Shown here: positions 21,687 to 36,480 of the stretch, piece after piece
Numbering within the stretch: the first letter of the stretch is position 1
Layout of the letters: every line of letters begins with the position of its first letter
Source: Octopus vulgaris
Lineage: Eukaryota
Direction of reading: 5' to 3'
DNA length: 64,000 nucleotides
NCBI GenBank assembly: GCA_951406725.2
Contig: OX597832.1
Location: 70,122,001-70,186,000, forward strand
Program-made: the position numbers and the translations under genes
The notes under the pieces: generated by a model
The model's input: only the letters and a program-made list of their open reading frames with translations
Database searches by the model: none
Told to the model about the DNA's origin: nothing

Positions 21687-23748
21687 TAACTAAAACGACC
21701 TCAAAATCCATATTAATGCTTCACGCAGGTATCGATCAATTTATCGATATACAGTAAATCAATACTCGATTCAAACTATTGTATCCATGTAGCATTGATA
21801 CAATAGAAAAATTTCGTGACGATACAATAAGAAATAGAAAAAGAAAGATTAAAGAAATGGTAATGTTTCTGTAGGAAACATAATTTGGGGTTATTGTCTT
21901 TATGTTCCCCTTGTTTTTTTATATTATTTAATCCGAGGATGGAGGTCAATATTCATGCTTATTTTTGCTAAGAGATTAAGGGAGACAAGAAATGCAAGTA
22001 AATCATCACAGGTCATAGTTTATCTGCAGGTGTAATTCTTACAACAATCAGGATTTCACTAATACCACCCAAACCCCATGGAGTAATAGAGATATGGATG
22101 ACGGATGAAATTTATGAGTAAATGAACCGCCAGGTTAAACTTATGTTCATCGACATGTGTGCTGTTTGTGGACTTGAATTTAAGGACAAATTTAAGGAGA
22201 AGCGACGGTAGAATGGACAGGACAGGGGGATCAGGGTAAGGGGATCAGGGCAAAGGGATCAGGAAGTAAACTTCACAGCTATGCAGTCGCGGTTTTTCGA
22301 ATTTGTTTATTGAAAATAATTGTGCCGAAAATAAATATTGCTGTGTTATTATAAGAACTTCCCTTGAATATATTTATTGTAGATTTTTGGAGCTGAATTC
22401 AGCTGGTGCAACCCCCTGCTTAGTTTCCATGAATTTTAGAGTAGTCCTATAATTTTCATGTGTAAAGTTCCGCTTCTTCACACTCATATATACACACGCA
22501 CATACACACATATAAAACATAATATTGTTAAAATATCATTTGTTGGAAGATTGGAGAAATAATTGACAAAAAATTCCATCTTTGGAGAACTTAAATGAAA
22601 TCAGTGAAGAATAAAGAGCTTCGACACCATTACAAGATTTGGCACACATTGTCCAGTTTGGATAATATAATGCAGCCTACATGCTGTTTCTAAAGGACAA
22701 CAAATCTTGGATGAAATATCTTTTCATTCTGGGCATGCTCTATCATGGCCAGAAGCATTCGTTGAAACTATTCAAGCAAGAGTTTCAGTCATTAATAAGA
22801 CATTAGCAAGTTTCAAATTTGTTGTACAAAGATCAGACGCTTTATACATTCGAACGGATCGAGAATTCCTAAGTGTGAATACTTACATTGTTTTTTTTTT
22901 TTAATTAAGGTGTCATCTAAATCACAGATCATCCATGTCACAGACTATATAATTCATTAGTCTTTACAGTCACTTACAACTTCCAATCTACCCATAAAAG
23001 TTTTTAACGCTGATCGAATAAATACAAAATCAAACGGAAGTTATTGCATCTGTGGCCACCCACTCTGAGTTTTATACCGGGACTACATGGTACAATGCAT
23101 CCTGTTTCTTAATTTAAATGTCATTTTGTGTGATTCAAGAGTAATGTTGTTGTATCCAGAGGTTCGAGTAATAGATTGTTCCAATCATGACTAAACATGT
23201 TGATTTATATCAAGGAATACGTTACGCATGGATCCAGCCTTTAAATTTTAACCATTTTGCGTGAATCATGGGAGAACTGCTTGTTTTATCTAGAAGACTG
23301 AATGGCAACCGGCTCCATTCGTGACCATCCCGACTTGTTTTATATAAAGAAATAAGCTGTGCATTGAATTCAGATTTTTAAAAATTTTATAACAATTTTG
23401 CACGAATGGATGAAGAAATTTTTGTCGTTTCGAGAAGATCGATCGCCAAATTCGAGGCCCCAACCTTGATTGCTGTCCCTTTGGACGTTGTCCTTTTGGA
23501 ATGACCCGCGTTTAGAGATAATTTCACCCCAGTTTGTACTTCAAAGACTAAATTGACGAAAAGAACATTAGACTTATTTAATATTTTAGGCTTTTCCGCT
23601 ATTTACCATTTAAAACTGGCGAGATAAAATCTAATGTGTCTGTTTCTGGTCTTTGAACGAATTACAAAAATATATAAATAAATAAATGAGAGCCTTAATA
23701 ATTGTGTACACACGCGCACAAACACAGATACACACACACACACACACA

Positions 23749-23782
<34 letters not shown>

Positions 23783-23876
23783 TGCCATACAAGCGCACAC
23801 CACAGGCGCCTTCGCACTTCCCCACACATAGACTTGTCAATGATATATATATACGATCTATCTATCTCTCTATCTC

Positions 23877-23971
<95 letters not shown>

Positions 23972-23975
23972 TATA

Positions 23976-24007
<32 letters not shown>

Positions 24008-24824
24008 CATACATACATGCATACAATCATACACATATGTATGTATATGTGAGTAGATTTCAGTGTGTGTATAAGCATGAAAATATAACAAAAATATGCT
24101 CACCTCTATACACCAACAGCATAATACACACATATTTACATATATGTCGATGTTTAGATGTGTGTATATGTATATATATATGTGTGTGTGTGTGTGTATG
24201 TGTGTACATATACAGATATGTGAGCACTCGTTTATATGTGCGTGTGTGTGCACGTGTATGTGTGTGTGTTTATGTATGTGCGTGTGTGTGTGTGCGCGTG
24301 TCATATGTGAATGTTTTTATGTGAGATAATTTGGATTAGAAACCGACACAAAGACAGAGACTAACGGCCTCCATTGATGGCCAATGAAATCCTGCGACGT
24401 GCACTCATCGCCGATGATGTAGGAACTATTTAATTACTGCTGTAATAATAATACCTTATCAAACTTGATACACACATTCAACTTAAGTGTAGAGAAGCCA
24501 TTATAATGATTCTCTAATAAAAAAAAAGTATAACTTCGCCTCGGCGTTTCTGTTTGTTACATAGACCCTGATTAGTGCAGCTTTAGCAAATCTGTAATGG
24601 AAAACGTTCTGACCGTGATCATCCAGGGTAATTTTTCTTTCTTTATAACATGTGTATGCTAAATAAATTTCTAAATAAAGCAGTGAGTGTTGAACATTTT
24701 GTTTTTTTGTTTAAAGATGAAAGTCCAATACATGTAGAAATAGAGCTGGCATATTTTTAATGTTTTCTGATCAAGCACACTAGCGCGTGCGTGGGTGTAT
24801 ATGCGTCTCTCTCTCTCTTTCTCT

Positions 24825-24859
<35 letters not shown>

Positions 24860-25261
24860 AGTATGTTGCATGTATATGTATATATATATCATTTTATCTG
24901 TTTCTAATTGAAAATAATTAAAAATTCGATGCGCTACATCATTCCCGTATTATTAGACAACCGCATTTTAAGCAACGGATCTATTTATTTCGTATATTTT
25001 ATTTTAAAACAATATATACATATATAATATCTATTCAAAACTCAAGAGCTATTACAGAGAGTTTCAATTACATACTTAACATGTTGCCGAGATTAGTCAA
25101 AATCTTTCAAAAATCTCACAAATATCATATTTTGAAATCATCTAGGTTGTCCTGATTTATATGTTTATCACAGTTTTCTTTTCTTTTTGTTTTGCAAGAA
25201 GCTTCCATAGTATGCACACATGTGCACCAATATATATATATATATATATATGTATGTATAG

Positions 25262-25452
25262 TACGTTAGTACGCCGGGTGGAATAACTAGTGGTATTTCG
25301 TCTCTCTTTTCGTTCTGAGTTCAAATTCCACCAAAGTGTACTTTGCTTTTCATCCTTTCTGATAAATCAAGTATAAGTTGCGTACTAGCGTCGATCTAAT
25401 CGACTGGGCCCCTCACCCAAAATTTCGGGCCTTGTGTCTATAGTAGAAAAGA
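25262..25452 (+). mobile_element. Second SINE family, diverged copy
   Basis: CGTTCTGAGTTCAAATTCC and TTTGCTTTTCATCCTTTC shared with 58936-59160. Confidence 0.65.
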
Positions 25453-26869
25453 ATATATATATATATGTGTGTGTGTGTGTGCGTGTGTGTGTGTATAAGT
25501 ATGCATATGTATATGAGATGTACATGTACATATATTAACGCGTTTGTATTTGTATTATTGTATGCCACTGTGCGTGAGTGCATCTATATATCTATCTCTA
25601 TATATATATATATATATATGTATACACACACATTTACATACATATACATAAATATGTATATGTATGTGTGAGGGTGTGTATTTGTGTGTGCGTGCGTGCG
25701 TGTATGAATGCCCAACCGTATTATCTACATAACATTTACTCACCTTGTATTGGCAGAATTCACCAACAATGTATTTCAATTTCTGGTTTTCGTTTATTAT
25801 TAATATTTTTTTTTGTTCTGCCACTTTTGTTGTTGCTGTGGTTGTTACTGTTGTTGTTTTCGATGTCGTTTCTTTTAGTTCATTTTTGCTTCTTCCAACT
25901 TGTATGTATTCTTGCACAAAAGTCTTCCTTGGGGACGCTATCAGGACAAATTGTATATCTTTGTTAGCACTTTAATATCCATGTCTAGTGATGCAGGCCA
26001 TTCAATTCACTAAACAAATACATGCATACACAATATTCAAGCATTATGCATTCATATATTTACACACATATATTTACACCCTCCACACACACACATATAT
26101 ATATGCATATATGTATATATGTGTATATATGCATACCTATATATATTCACTTATACATACTAATTTGTGTGTGTGTGTGTGTGCGCGCGCGCGTAGTGTG
26201 TGTGGTGTAGTTTTATATCCACGGTTTATTCTTCAGTTTCGCGATTTCCTCTCATCTCAAATATCGGAGAAAAATAAAGTGCCAAATATTTCGACACAGA
26301 AAATAACATATCTGAAAAGAGAGAGAAAAAATATATATTCTATTATACACTGCCAAAAGTACCTTTCTATTAATCTCTGAGCGTACCTCGTATTATTTCC
26401 GGTGTTTTGGGTAGCCATATATAAACCATATCTCTTTCATAAAATATCTAAACATTGGAGAGTGTCATGTGGTTAGCAAAAATAGTTTTGCTATTAAAAT
26501 GGTGTTTTGTATGTTCGTTATACGGAGATTGTATTTGCATGGGTTGGGGGAAGGAGACAGATTTTAATGTATTATACAAACACTGCAGCAGTCTTTTCCT
26601 TTAATTTATGGATTTTGTGTGAAATTGTACATACTTCTATGCTTGTATGTATGCATGTATGTATGTATGTATGTATGGATGGATGGATGTATGAATGTGT
26701 ATATGTATGCATACATGTATATATGTGTGCGTACATATATATATATATACATACCTATTTACACTTATATATATACATACACACCTATACATATATACAT
26801 ATATAAATACTTATACATATGTACCTACATATATGTACATTCATATAAGCATAAATTATATATATATAG

Positions 26870-26900
<31 letters not shown>

Positions 26901-28036
26901 ATATGCATGAATGCATATATATGTATGTATGCATGTGTGTGTTTTAAGTTGAAATAGTTTGCATACCATAAATGTTTATGCATGCTACAAGTCATATATT
27001 TTGTCGTAAAACACATTATCACACTCAGATATACACACGTGCATCATATACACTTTCATGCGGACGTACACAATCATACACGTATGGCTCCCGATGGCAC
27101 ACAGTCGTACATTCACGCACCTTTATCCACACACACACATAAGTGCACAGGCGCACATTTATGTACCAAAGTTTATTAGGTTATCGAAGTTGTAAGTCTA
27201 CACTCTTATACTTTTCACTGATCTACAGGAACATGGTAAGCAGTGGATAACATTAGCTGAGGGAAATGCGCCGTATTCTATCTTAAGATAATCCCATCAC
27301 ACGGAATCTGGAACACGCATATTTAGACCACCATCATAATGATTGATCGGATCAAGTGAAAATATGTCTGCTATATCGATGTGAAACACATTTATTATAT
27401 TTTGATGAGGATTAAGAGAAGTTGCGAGGTCAACAAGACTGTGACGACATTAATTGAATGGTTGATACAGACGACTTCAACGACGACTACGATGTCGACG
27501 AAGATGATGTTGAGGATAATGACGACACGACCACAACGATTACGAGGAAAAAGACGATGACAACAGCGATGGTAACGACAATGAGTTACGATGATGACGG
27601 TGATGATGATGAGATTAATTCAGTGATGAAAACAGAAAGGAGGAAGGCAGGATGGGAAGATGATGAAAAGTGGAAAACAGAAGGAAAGGGTGAAGTGGTT
27701 GTAAGAATGAAGAAGAGGAGGTAAGGCAATGATAAATAGGGTAAAAGAGGTGGAGGATGTGAAGAGTGAGCACATTTGCGCACATAGGGGGAGGCAGAGA
27801 CAAAGAGAGAAAGAGAGAGAGAGAGAGACAAACAGAGAGACAGAAATACAATTATTTTCAAATTTTTAAAGGTACCTTGGCCTCTAGATATTGCGTCAAA
27901 TCACTAAATAACAATTGGGACAAGCTCCGTATGGTAAGGGGTGTAGGTCACAACAATTGTTTCAATTGCATTAACACACACACATATATAGATATAGATA
28001 TGTATATATCTATGTGAGTGCATGTATGTATACATA

Positions 28037-28082
<46 letters not shown>

Positions 28083-28315
28083 GCATACAAATATACACAC
28101 ATACGTAAAAGCGTACACTTACACACATATGTACACATCTATCTGCACATACATACACACATGTATGTACGTGTATGCATTCACAGGCGTATATTCATAA
28201 TATAATCTCCGAAAGTGAGTGTTCTCTGTTTTTCTTTACATATGTACTTGCGAGCGTGTTGAATTTGTGCATGACAACTCAGCGATTCACAACCGGTGTT
28301 AGTTTGTCTATATAT

Positions 28316-28487
28316 AGGCGCAGGAGTGGCTGTGTGGTAAGTAGCTTGCTAACCAACCACATGGTTCCGGGTTCAGTCCCACTGCGTGGCATCTTGGGCA
28401 AGTGTCTTCTGCTATAGCCCCGGGCCGACCAATGCCTTGTGAGTGGATTTGGTAGACGGAAACTGAAAGAAGCCTGTCGTATATATG

Positions 28488-28522
<35 letters not shown>

Positions 28523-28736
28523 TTGTGTGTCTGTGTTTGGCCCCCCTAGCATTGCTTGACAACCGATGGTGGTGTGTTTACGTCCCCGTCACCTAGCGGT
28601 TCGGCAAAAGAGACCGATAGAATAAGTACTGGGCTTACAAAGAATAAGTCCCGAGGTCGATTTGCTCGACTAAAGGCGGTGCTCCAGCATGGCCGCAGTC
28701 AAATGACTGAAACAAGTAAAAGAGTAAAAGAGAGAG
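28316..28736 (+). mobile_element. tRNA-derived SINE, full length
   Basis: AGGCGCAGGAGTGGCTGTGTGGTAAG (A box), GGTTCAGTCCC (B box), internal microsatellite, AAAAGAG tail. Confidence 0.9.
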
Positions 28737-28923
28737 AATCCCCGTCATTTAGGGTTAAGACAGAAAGAAAGTAATAGAATAAATTGGAGACTTTAGAGTA
28801 CATAATGGAGTAGATTTCATCGACTACAACCCTCAAGTCATCGTACAGGCATGGACACGCTCCACTGACTGTAATCAGTACTAAAATAAAATATATGCAT
28901 GTGGGGGGGGGGACAAGGAGACG

Positions 28924-28966
<43 letters not shown>

Positions 28967-29542
28967 CTTACACTCACACAGACGCACACTCACAAACAAT
29001 CAAACCCAGACACGGATACATGAGATATATTTGGAAGATGATCAAATGTTGATATAAAAATATGTGATGCATGCAATATTCAACTAGGTTTCTGAACGAT
29101 GTATAATGATAACGATGCAGTGAAGAGTAAAAACACAAAAAATAATATTGTTTTCATGTATCTTCAGCCAAAGGAAATTATCTAGGAAAATAAATAATTT
29201 TTCAGATAAGACATTGTGTACTGATAGTTTAATGAATTGTAATGTATCATTGTCAAATATATTGAAGAAGTACGGATAGTTATCATCAATATTTATGGAC
29301 ATATGTATGCGTATATAAGTATGCTTATAATTGTATATGCATATGCACACTTATACAAACGTATACACGTATATATATATATATATATATATATATAACA
29401 CAGACGTCACTAAAACGACTAAGGATACTGCTGAGCACCAGCATTGTTAGAAATAAGAGTGAAAACATTTCTTAGCCACCACGAGGGAGCACTTATCTTA
29501 TAACTGAAAAGGGAGGCAAGCTCCCTACAGCACTCGGGACAT

Positions 29543-29590
29543 AGCCAGATCACTTTTGATTTCGCATTTAATTAATACTCGTCAGTAATT
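29543..29590 (-). ncRNA. Type I hammerhead with degenerate stem I
   Basis: aatta-CTGACGA-GTATT aatta AATGC-GAAA-TCA aaag TGA-TC-tggct on the minus strand. Confidence 0.55.
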
Positions 29591-29880
29591 CTTACCTGGC
29601 TGCCAAGAGCTAGGCTGGCTCACCTTGTCAGTTTATAAGAGTTACCGTAGAAATCGTACGCTGGTTTCATAAATGGTAACTGTAAAAATTATAAATAACA
29701 AAGGTGCTCACAGGAAACAATGTAGACATCTTGGTTTCAATATTGATGTAAATTTGTTTATAAAATGGTTTATCCTTTTTGTTTGATGCCTATGCGGTCA
29801 CCTGAATAGAGCGGTTTCTTTCAAATTGATACCATGTTGTATCAGGGGCAAACGTATATCGGTAAAATTAATATTGATAT

Positions 29881-29948
<68 letters not shown>

Positions 29949-30179
29949 TACATTGCTATTTGATATTTTCAAATTGATATACGAAGATATGTAACAAAAA
30001 ATCCTGAAGGTAGACATTTAATCTAGAAGCAGATATGTCTTTCCACATATTAGTGTAGTGACTTGCTATTGTCTTCTTTCGTACTACCGAAACATTGATG
30101 AAGGCAATATTGTTTGAATTTTCAATCATGTACATACATACATATACATTCACAGAAAGGACGGCTCTGTAATATTCAT

Positions 30180-30955
30180 GAAACGCTTGTCAGAACCAAC
30201 AGTTATTGACACCTTTTAAAACAAGAAATACTGGTGTAACATCCCAATAAAATCATCAGTTCAGTGTAAACATAACAGTCCTGATATTGTTCCGAATGAC
30301 AGGGGACAAGGGTTATGCACTGATGGTAAGGTCAACTGCACAGCGGATGTGAATGTGGAATCAAAAGTCCAAGAAAAACAGGACATTTATAGCGAATTAA
30401 CGTGGAAGTTACATATCTTGTACTCTGACAATGAATTCTCATTTGTACCTCTCAACATTGGTGCATTAGGTTATATACCAATAAATTTGCATAAAACATA
30501 GAAATACTCTGTTTCATAGAGAAAGCATAAAAGTAACTGATGCTTTTCTAATCTATTAGTGGCACAGTGAAGAGTGAGAGGCATTTGAAAAATTTTCCAT
30601 CTGAGATTCTTATGTGAATGGATGCACACATATGGGTGTATGCAACGACAGTTTAACCAACACACCAAACTAACCACATATTTACACACACGGGAACTCT
30701 TTTAACTCAAAGAGTCTTGTCATTTTGTTAAGGACCGTCTTTAACTCACTGAAGTAGGACCGAAATAAAACAATCATACATACATACCTGTAATTACTGG
30801 AGCACAGGGATATGTAACACTGCCTGAAATTAGTCTTGAGAAATTAGGCTTCCCAAAACCAGAAAGGAGAAAACTGATTCGAAGACTGACAGCTCCAATG
30901 TATTGTGTGAACTGTAAAAAATCTGTAAAACTTTCCTGACGTTTATCATTTATTT
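30180..30955 (+). pseudogene. 3' remnants of RLE-type (R4/Dong-like) non-LTR retrotransposons
   Basis: Decayed KHNSPDIV and FVPLNIGALGYIP peptides; second PVITGAQGYV-like piece near 30790. Confidence 0.5.
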
Positions 30956-31409
30956 ATGTCTAGACATGTATGAGAATACATATATAAAAACAAAACATAC
31001 AAATCTGCACATATACAAACGTACATACATACATATATACATATAGGTATGCATACAAAAGTACCTGGATGATGAAATTGCGATGAAGGTGCTTTGTATC
31101 TAGGTTAGAAACCGGTTCTTCCTCCATTAGCAAGAATCTTGATATAAGACTGAATAATGACATACATACACCGACACACGCGCGTACACGCACACACACA
31201 TGCATACATACATACATACATACATACATACATACATACATACATACATACACATGCATACATACATACATACATACACATAATACAAACATACATGTAT
31301 ACGTGCATAGATACATTTGTGTGTCCATGTAATTATGTATATATGTGTATCTGCCTATCTATATAGTTAAAGATAGATAGACAGAGAGGCAAATAGATGG
31401 ATAGATAGG

Positions 31410-31446
<37 letters not shown>

Positions 31447-31455
31447 GGATAGATG

Positions 31456-31569
<114 letters not shown>

Positions 31570-32193
31570 GAGAGAGATAGATAGATAGATAGATAGTAGA
31601 AGAATATAGATTAACAGTGCATACAGTATATTCTGTAAGCAGACAGACGATATTAACGGTGCTCGGTAAATTAGAGTCTGTTATTAAATGACACGGTTTT
31701 TCTTTGGCCAGAAAAAGAAGCCAAACTGACGAAGTTCAGCACATTTACCGCTTCTGCAGTGATTACTTCTATACCTTTAAACTCTGTTAATATATAGTTA
31801 CATTTACCTCAATGCAACACGCAGATTAATGCACTTTTCACATTCTTGTATTCACATCGCCAAACATCTCACTATTCTGAGGGCAACAATTTCAGATATA
31901 CTTAATATCTAGTTAATATTGTCCAATAAAATGTTAACCACAGTTCTGTTCGTTAAGCATTTAACTTTGATGAAACGTTAAAAATGTCGCTGAAACCAAT
32001 CTCATGTTCTTTCGTTACAGAGGGAGGGACGGGTTGCGGAAAGTGAGGGAAGGGGAACATGTTTTGTTATACATTACTTTAAGGCCTGTCTACAATCTTC
32101 CAATATCGATCCATCTATGTCTATATTTATATACATATTTACAAACATAAATGCATAAACGATTACACACACACGCTCCGGCGAGCGCAAACA

Positions 32194-32258
<65 letters not shown>

Positions 32259-32302
32259 TCTCACACAAATACAAACGCACACACTCTCTCACAGATATAT
32301 AC

Positions 32303-32680
32303 ACGCGGAAGTGAGGCTGTGTCATAGCGAGTATGCTTCCCAACCACATGGTTTCGGGTTCAGTCACACTGCGTGGCACCTTGGCCAAGTGTCTTCCGCT
32401 ATAGCCTTGGGTCGACCAAAGTTTTGAGTGGATTTGGTAGACGGAAACTGAAAGATTCCCGTCGTATATGTGTGTATGTGTGTTTGTTATAACTTGATAA
32501 CCAGCATTGATGTCTTTACGTCCATGAAACTTAGCGATTTGCAAAAGACTTCTAGTACAAAAAGTACAAGGCTTAAGAAGAAATAAGTAATGGGATTGAT
32601 GCATTCGACTAAAAACGTAAATTGTTCAAGGCGGTACCCCAGCATGCTCGCACTCAAATCACTGAAACAAGTAAAAGAGT
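32303..32680 (+). mobile_element. Diverged older copy of the tRNA-derived SINE
   Basis: Same head (CCAACCACATGGTTTCGGGTTCAGTC) and tail (ACTGAAACAAGTAAAAGAG). Confidence 0.8.
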
Positions 32681-32702
32681 ATATGTATATATATATATAT
32701 AA

Positions 32703-32753
<51 letters not shown>

Positions 32754-32779
32754 AGTATATATATATATATATATATATA

Positions 32780-32865
<86 letters not shown>

Positions 32866-33358
32866 ATATAACATAATACATAATGTAAATCCTGTTCTGT
32901 GTGTGTGTAAATGATTATAACACCCGTATTTTTCAACTGAATTTCTCCAAACTAGGAACATACAATACATATGCAATAGGGATGGTTTCCAACTTTTAAA
33001 ATTTTTCACATAATGTGTAACGGACCCCTGGAGATAAAAAACACCCGTCCCTGCGTTACGTGGATAAAGGAGTTAACTCTGTGCGAACTAACTTTCAGAA
33101 ATTGATTGTCTCCCTTACATCCATTGGTCATAAAAAATATTTCTTTTCATATTCGACTCTTGTCTTTGAAAGTTTTAAAAATATTTACTTCCGGTCTTCT
33201 AGCGTCAGTGACGACCATATCTCTCTATTGATATCTCTGTACCCATCTCTATATATCTATCTATATCTCTCTAACCATCTCTATCTCTATATCTATCTCT
33301 CTGTATCTATCTATATTTTATCTATGTATCTATATCAATCTTATTTGTCTAACGAGCT

Positions 33359-33407
<49 letters not shown>

Positions 33408-34250
33408 TCTCTGTCTATATCTCTCTATTGTTTTCACAAAGTTTTCAATCGCTAATTACAAACGACAACGACAATATACTGACAGAAAGAAGTTCACAAT
33501 TACCGATGAAAGTAATTTCATACGTAATTTCCTAACAGAAGTAACTTCATAAATTTTACTTCAATCCGTACACCTCGTTGAATTTGCCAACACATTTCTT
33601 ATTTATTTTGCAACGTTTTGTATTTTTTATTGTTGGCGGAATTACTGATAAAAGTAAGATCATAATTTACTAACAGAAATAACTTTAAATATTTCACTTA
33701 AATCCCTAAAAAATTCCCTAAAAAATTCTTATGCAATGATTTTTTGGTTTTTCTGTTAACGGCTGGTTTTTTTTTTGGTTTCTTTGATACTGGCTCTTTG
33801 GTTCACTGACAAATTTCGCGTCAAAACATACAATTCTTATTTTCCGTAAAAACTTCTTATTTTCTTTCTGTCCGTCATATTAAGAAATATAATTTCCGTT
33901 ACCAAGTTATTTTCATTGTTTACTATCATTCTGTTTACGTATATAACGATGTGTACAAGGAAAGTGTCAAGTTTGTCTACAATGTCAATGTCAACCAAAA
34001 GAATGTCTCTCTACATGGAAAGAGAGACAGCTGCAGAAAGGGAAGCATCCCCAAAAGGGAACAGAATGTGCACTACAAAAGCCAGAGCATCTCAAAATGA
34101 CGAACAGAGGTATGCACGGGTGGAAAATCTAGGATCTCCACTGCAGAACGAAGAGCAGTTGTAACAGCTTAGAGAAGCAACTTCTATGAAGCAGCTTTAA
34201 AATATTCTCTAGCATATATATATATATATATATATATACATTTATATATA

Positions 34251-35024
34251 ATCAAAAATAAGGGTGAAAAAATTGGATATTAATTTTAAAATATCATCAA
34301 TTTAACACCAAGTGGCTTAGCGCATAAAAACCAGGGATACAATAAAGTTTATACACAAATATAAGACAGTGACCACTATGTGGTCAACTCTTGCGCTAAA
34401 AATAGATCCGCTATGGTTTCAACCACGAAGAATTGTTTCCAATGAAAATTAGCACAACTATGAGCGTAAACAATTGTCCAGAATTAATCTACATTTTTGT
34501 TATTTTACATTTGCCCTGCTCGTTTACGCTCATAGTTGTGCTAATTTTCATTGGAAACAATTCTTCGTGGTTGAAACCATAGCGGATCTATTTTTAGAGC
34601 AAGAGTCGACCACATAGTGGTCACTCTCTTATATTTTTGTATAAACTTAATTGTATCCCTGGTTTTTATGCGCTAAGCCACTTAGCGGGCATTTGAATCA
34701 TTACTGCGAGTATAATCGACTAAACCACACGCGTGTTTGACGTTATGTTAAAATCTAGCATGCGGTTTGGTAAATTGTATTCAAGACAAATTCTGCTGAT
34801 GAACTATGGATATATTGTGTGAGTAAAATTACATAATTTATTAATAGCGAAACAATTGTCCAGAATCAATCTACATTTTTGTTATTTTACATCTGCCCTG
34901 CTCGTTTACGCTCATAGTTGCGCTAATTTTCATTGGAAACAATACTTCGTGCTTGAAACCATAGCGGATCTATTTTTAGCGCAAGAGTCGACCACATATT
35001 GGTCACTCTCTTATATTTGTGTAT

Positions 35025-35030
<6 letters not shown>
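34251..35030 (+). mobile_element. Retrozyme-like or solo-pLTR unit, family C (inverted plus tandem)
   Basis: 34310-34471 inverted versus 34522-34683; direct repeat with 382-nt period (34468 and 34850); (TA)n on both sides. Confidence 0.75.
34791..34865 (+). ncRNA. Type I hammerhead with long stem II
   Basis: TTCTG-CTGATGA-aCTAT...ATTGTGTGA gtaaaa TTACATAAT...ATAGc-GAAA-CAATTG-TC-CAGAA; first pair of stem II mismatched. Confidence 0.78.
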
Positions 35031-35087
<57 letters not shown>

Positions 35088-35183
35088 CTGAAAATTTTCT
35101 TTTCGGATTTCAGTTAACGTCTATGTTCAATGCCGGGCATGGGTTGGAGAGTTATAAATGCAGAAAGCTAGTATTTCTGCTAG

Positions 35184-35243
<60 letters not shown>

Positions 35244-35533
35244 CAACAATTGAGGGTAAAATTAATTAATTATTAATCAATTTCACCAAGTGTTCAGTAT
35301 GCAAAGGGACCATTTAAGGCGAATTCAAATTATTACATTATATAAAAGGGCTTAGTAAAATAAATTACTTTGCCGCATACTGAACTCATTAGAAATAGCA
35401 GCTAAAAAACTTTTTTAAAGCTATTTCTAATACTTAAAGAAAATCTCTCTCATATAGTGTTTGCTTAACTCAACTCACAAAAGTTTGGGGGTAAGGACAT
35501 CAAAAAATCAAAAAATCAAATGCAAAGGTTATT

Positions 35534-35585
35534 TGAGAACGTACGTTTCAAGATTAGTCAAAACGACACTTCTATCATCAGCTCA
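35534..35585 (-). ncRNA. Type I hammerhead (family D, inverted copy)
   Basis: Reverse complement of 35981-36032. Confidence 0.72.
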
Positions 35586-35980
35586 GAAACTCCTTGGTTT
35601 GGATTTGAAAACACTGAAAGTAAGAACATACCCTTTCGGCTTCTCATCGCTTTCGAAGATCTGCTCGTAACTAACAGTGCCAACAAACTCAAATAAGCAA
35701 GCGAACACTTGGTGAAATTGATTAATAATTAATTAATTTTACCCTCAATTGTTGAAATTATAATTAATCTCCCTCTAATTAATGCTTCGGATTTTACCGA
35801 AATAAGCATAGTGTTTGATGATTTTAACCCACGCTGGTGGAAAGGGGAGAACAGAAATTCTCCGCTTGCTTATTTGAGTTTGTTGGCACTGTTAGTTACG
35901 AGCAGATCTTCGAAAGCGATGAGAAGCCGAAAGGGTATGTTCTTACTTTCAGTGTTTTCAAATCCAAACCAAGGAGTTTC

Positions 35981-36032
35981 TGAGCTGATGATAGAAGTGT
36001 CGTTTTGACTAATCTTGAAACGTACGTTCTCA
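35981..36032 (+). ncRNA. Type I hammerhead (family D)
   Basis: TGAG-CTGATGA-tAGA agt GTC gtttt GAC taa TCTt-GAAA-CGTACG-TT-CTCA. Confidence 0.72.
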
Positions 36033-36480
36033 AATAACCTTTGCATTTGATTTTTTGATTTTTTGATGTCCTTACCCCCAAACTTTTGTGAGTTGAGTTA
36101 AGCAAACACTATATGAGAGAGATTTTCTTTAAGTATTAGAAATAGCTTTAAAAAAGTTTTTTAGCTGCTATTTCTAATGAGTTCAGTATGCGGCAAAGTA
36201 ATTTATTTTACTAAGCCCTTTTATATAATATATATATATATATATAAACTTATATATATGTATGTATGTTTGTATGTATAACAACTGGCGAAAAGTTATT
36301 CAACATTTGGATAATTGAACGTAAATACATGTAAAAAACAAACAAGCTTGTGTGTATGTGTCTCTGTCTATATTTCTATGCATATTGTTTAGTGCATATT
36401 ATATGTGTCTGTGTATGCATATGTGTATATCTGCGTGTGTGAGTATGTGTGTGAGTGTATATATATATATATATATATAT

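Larger units (their letters stand above)
35241..36229. mobile_element. Retrozyme-like or solo-pLTR unit, family D (long inverted repeat)
   Basis: ~366-bp arms 35338-35703 and 35863-36228 (identical 69-aa ORFs on opposite strands); 35241-35295 inverted at 35703-35757. Confidence 0.8.

Noticed and set aside
27458-27724. Acidic D/T-rich ORF
   Set aside because: Degenerate (GAT/GAC)n low-complexity tract without splice or homology support
35461-36105. Identical 69-aa ORFs on opposite strands
   Set aside because: By-product of the inverted repeat; non-ATG start and no motif
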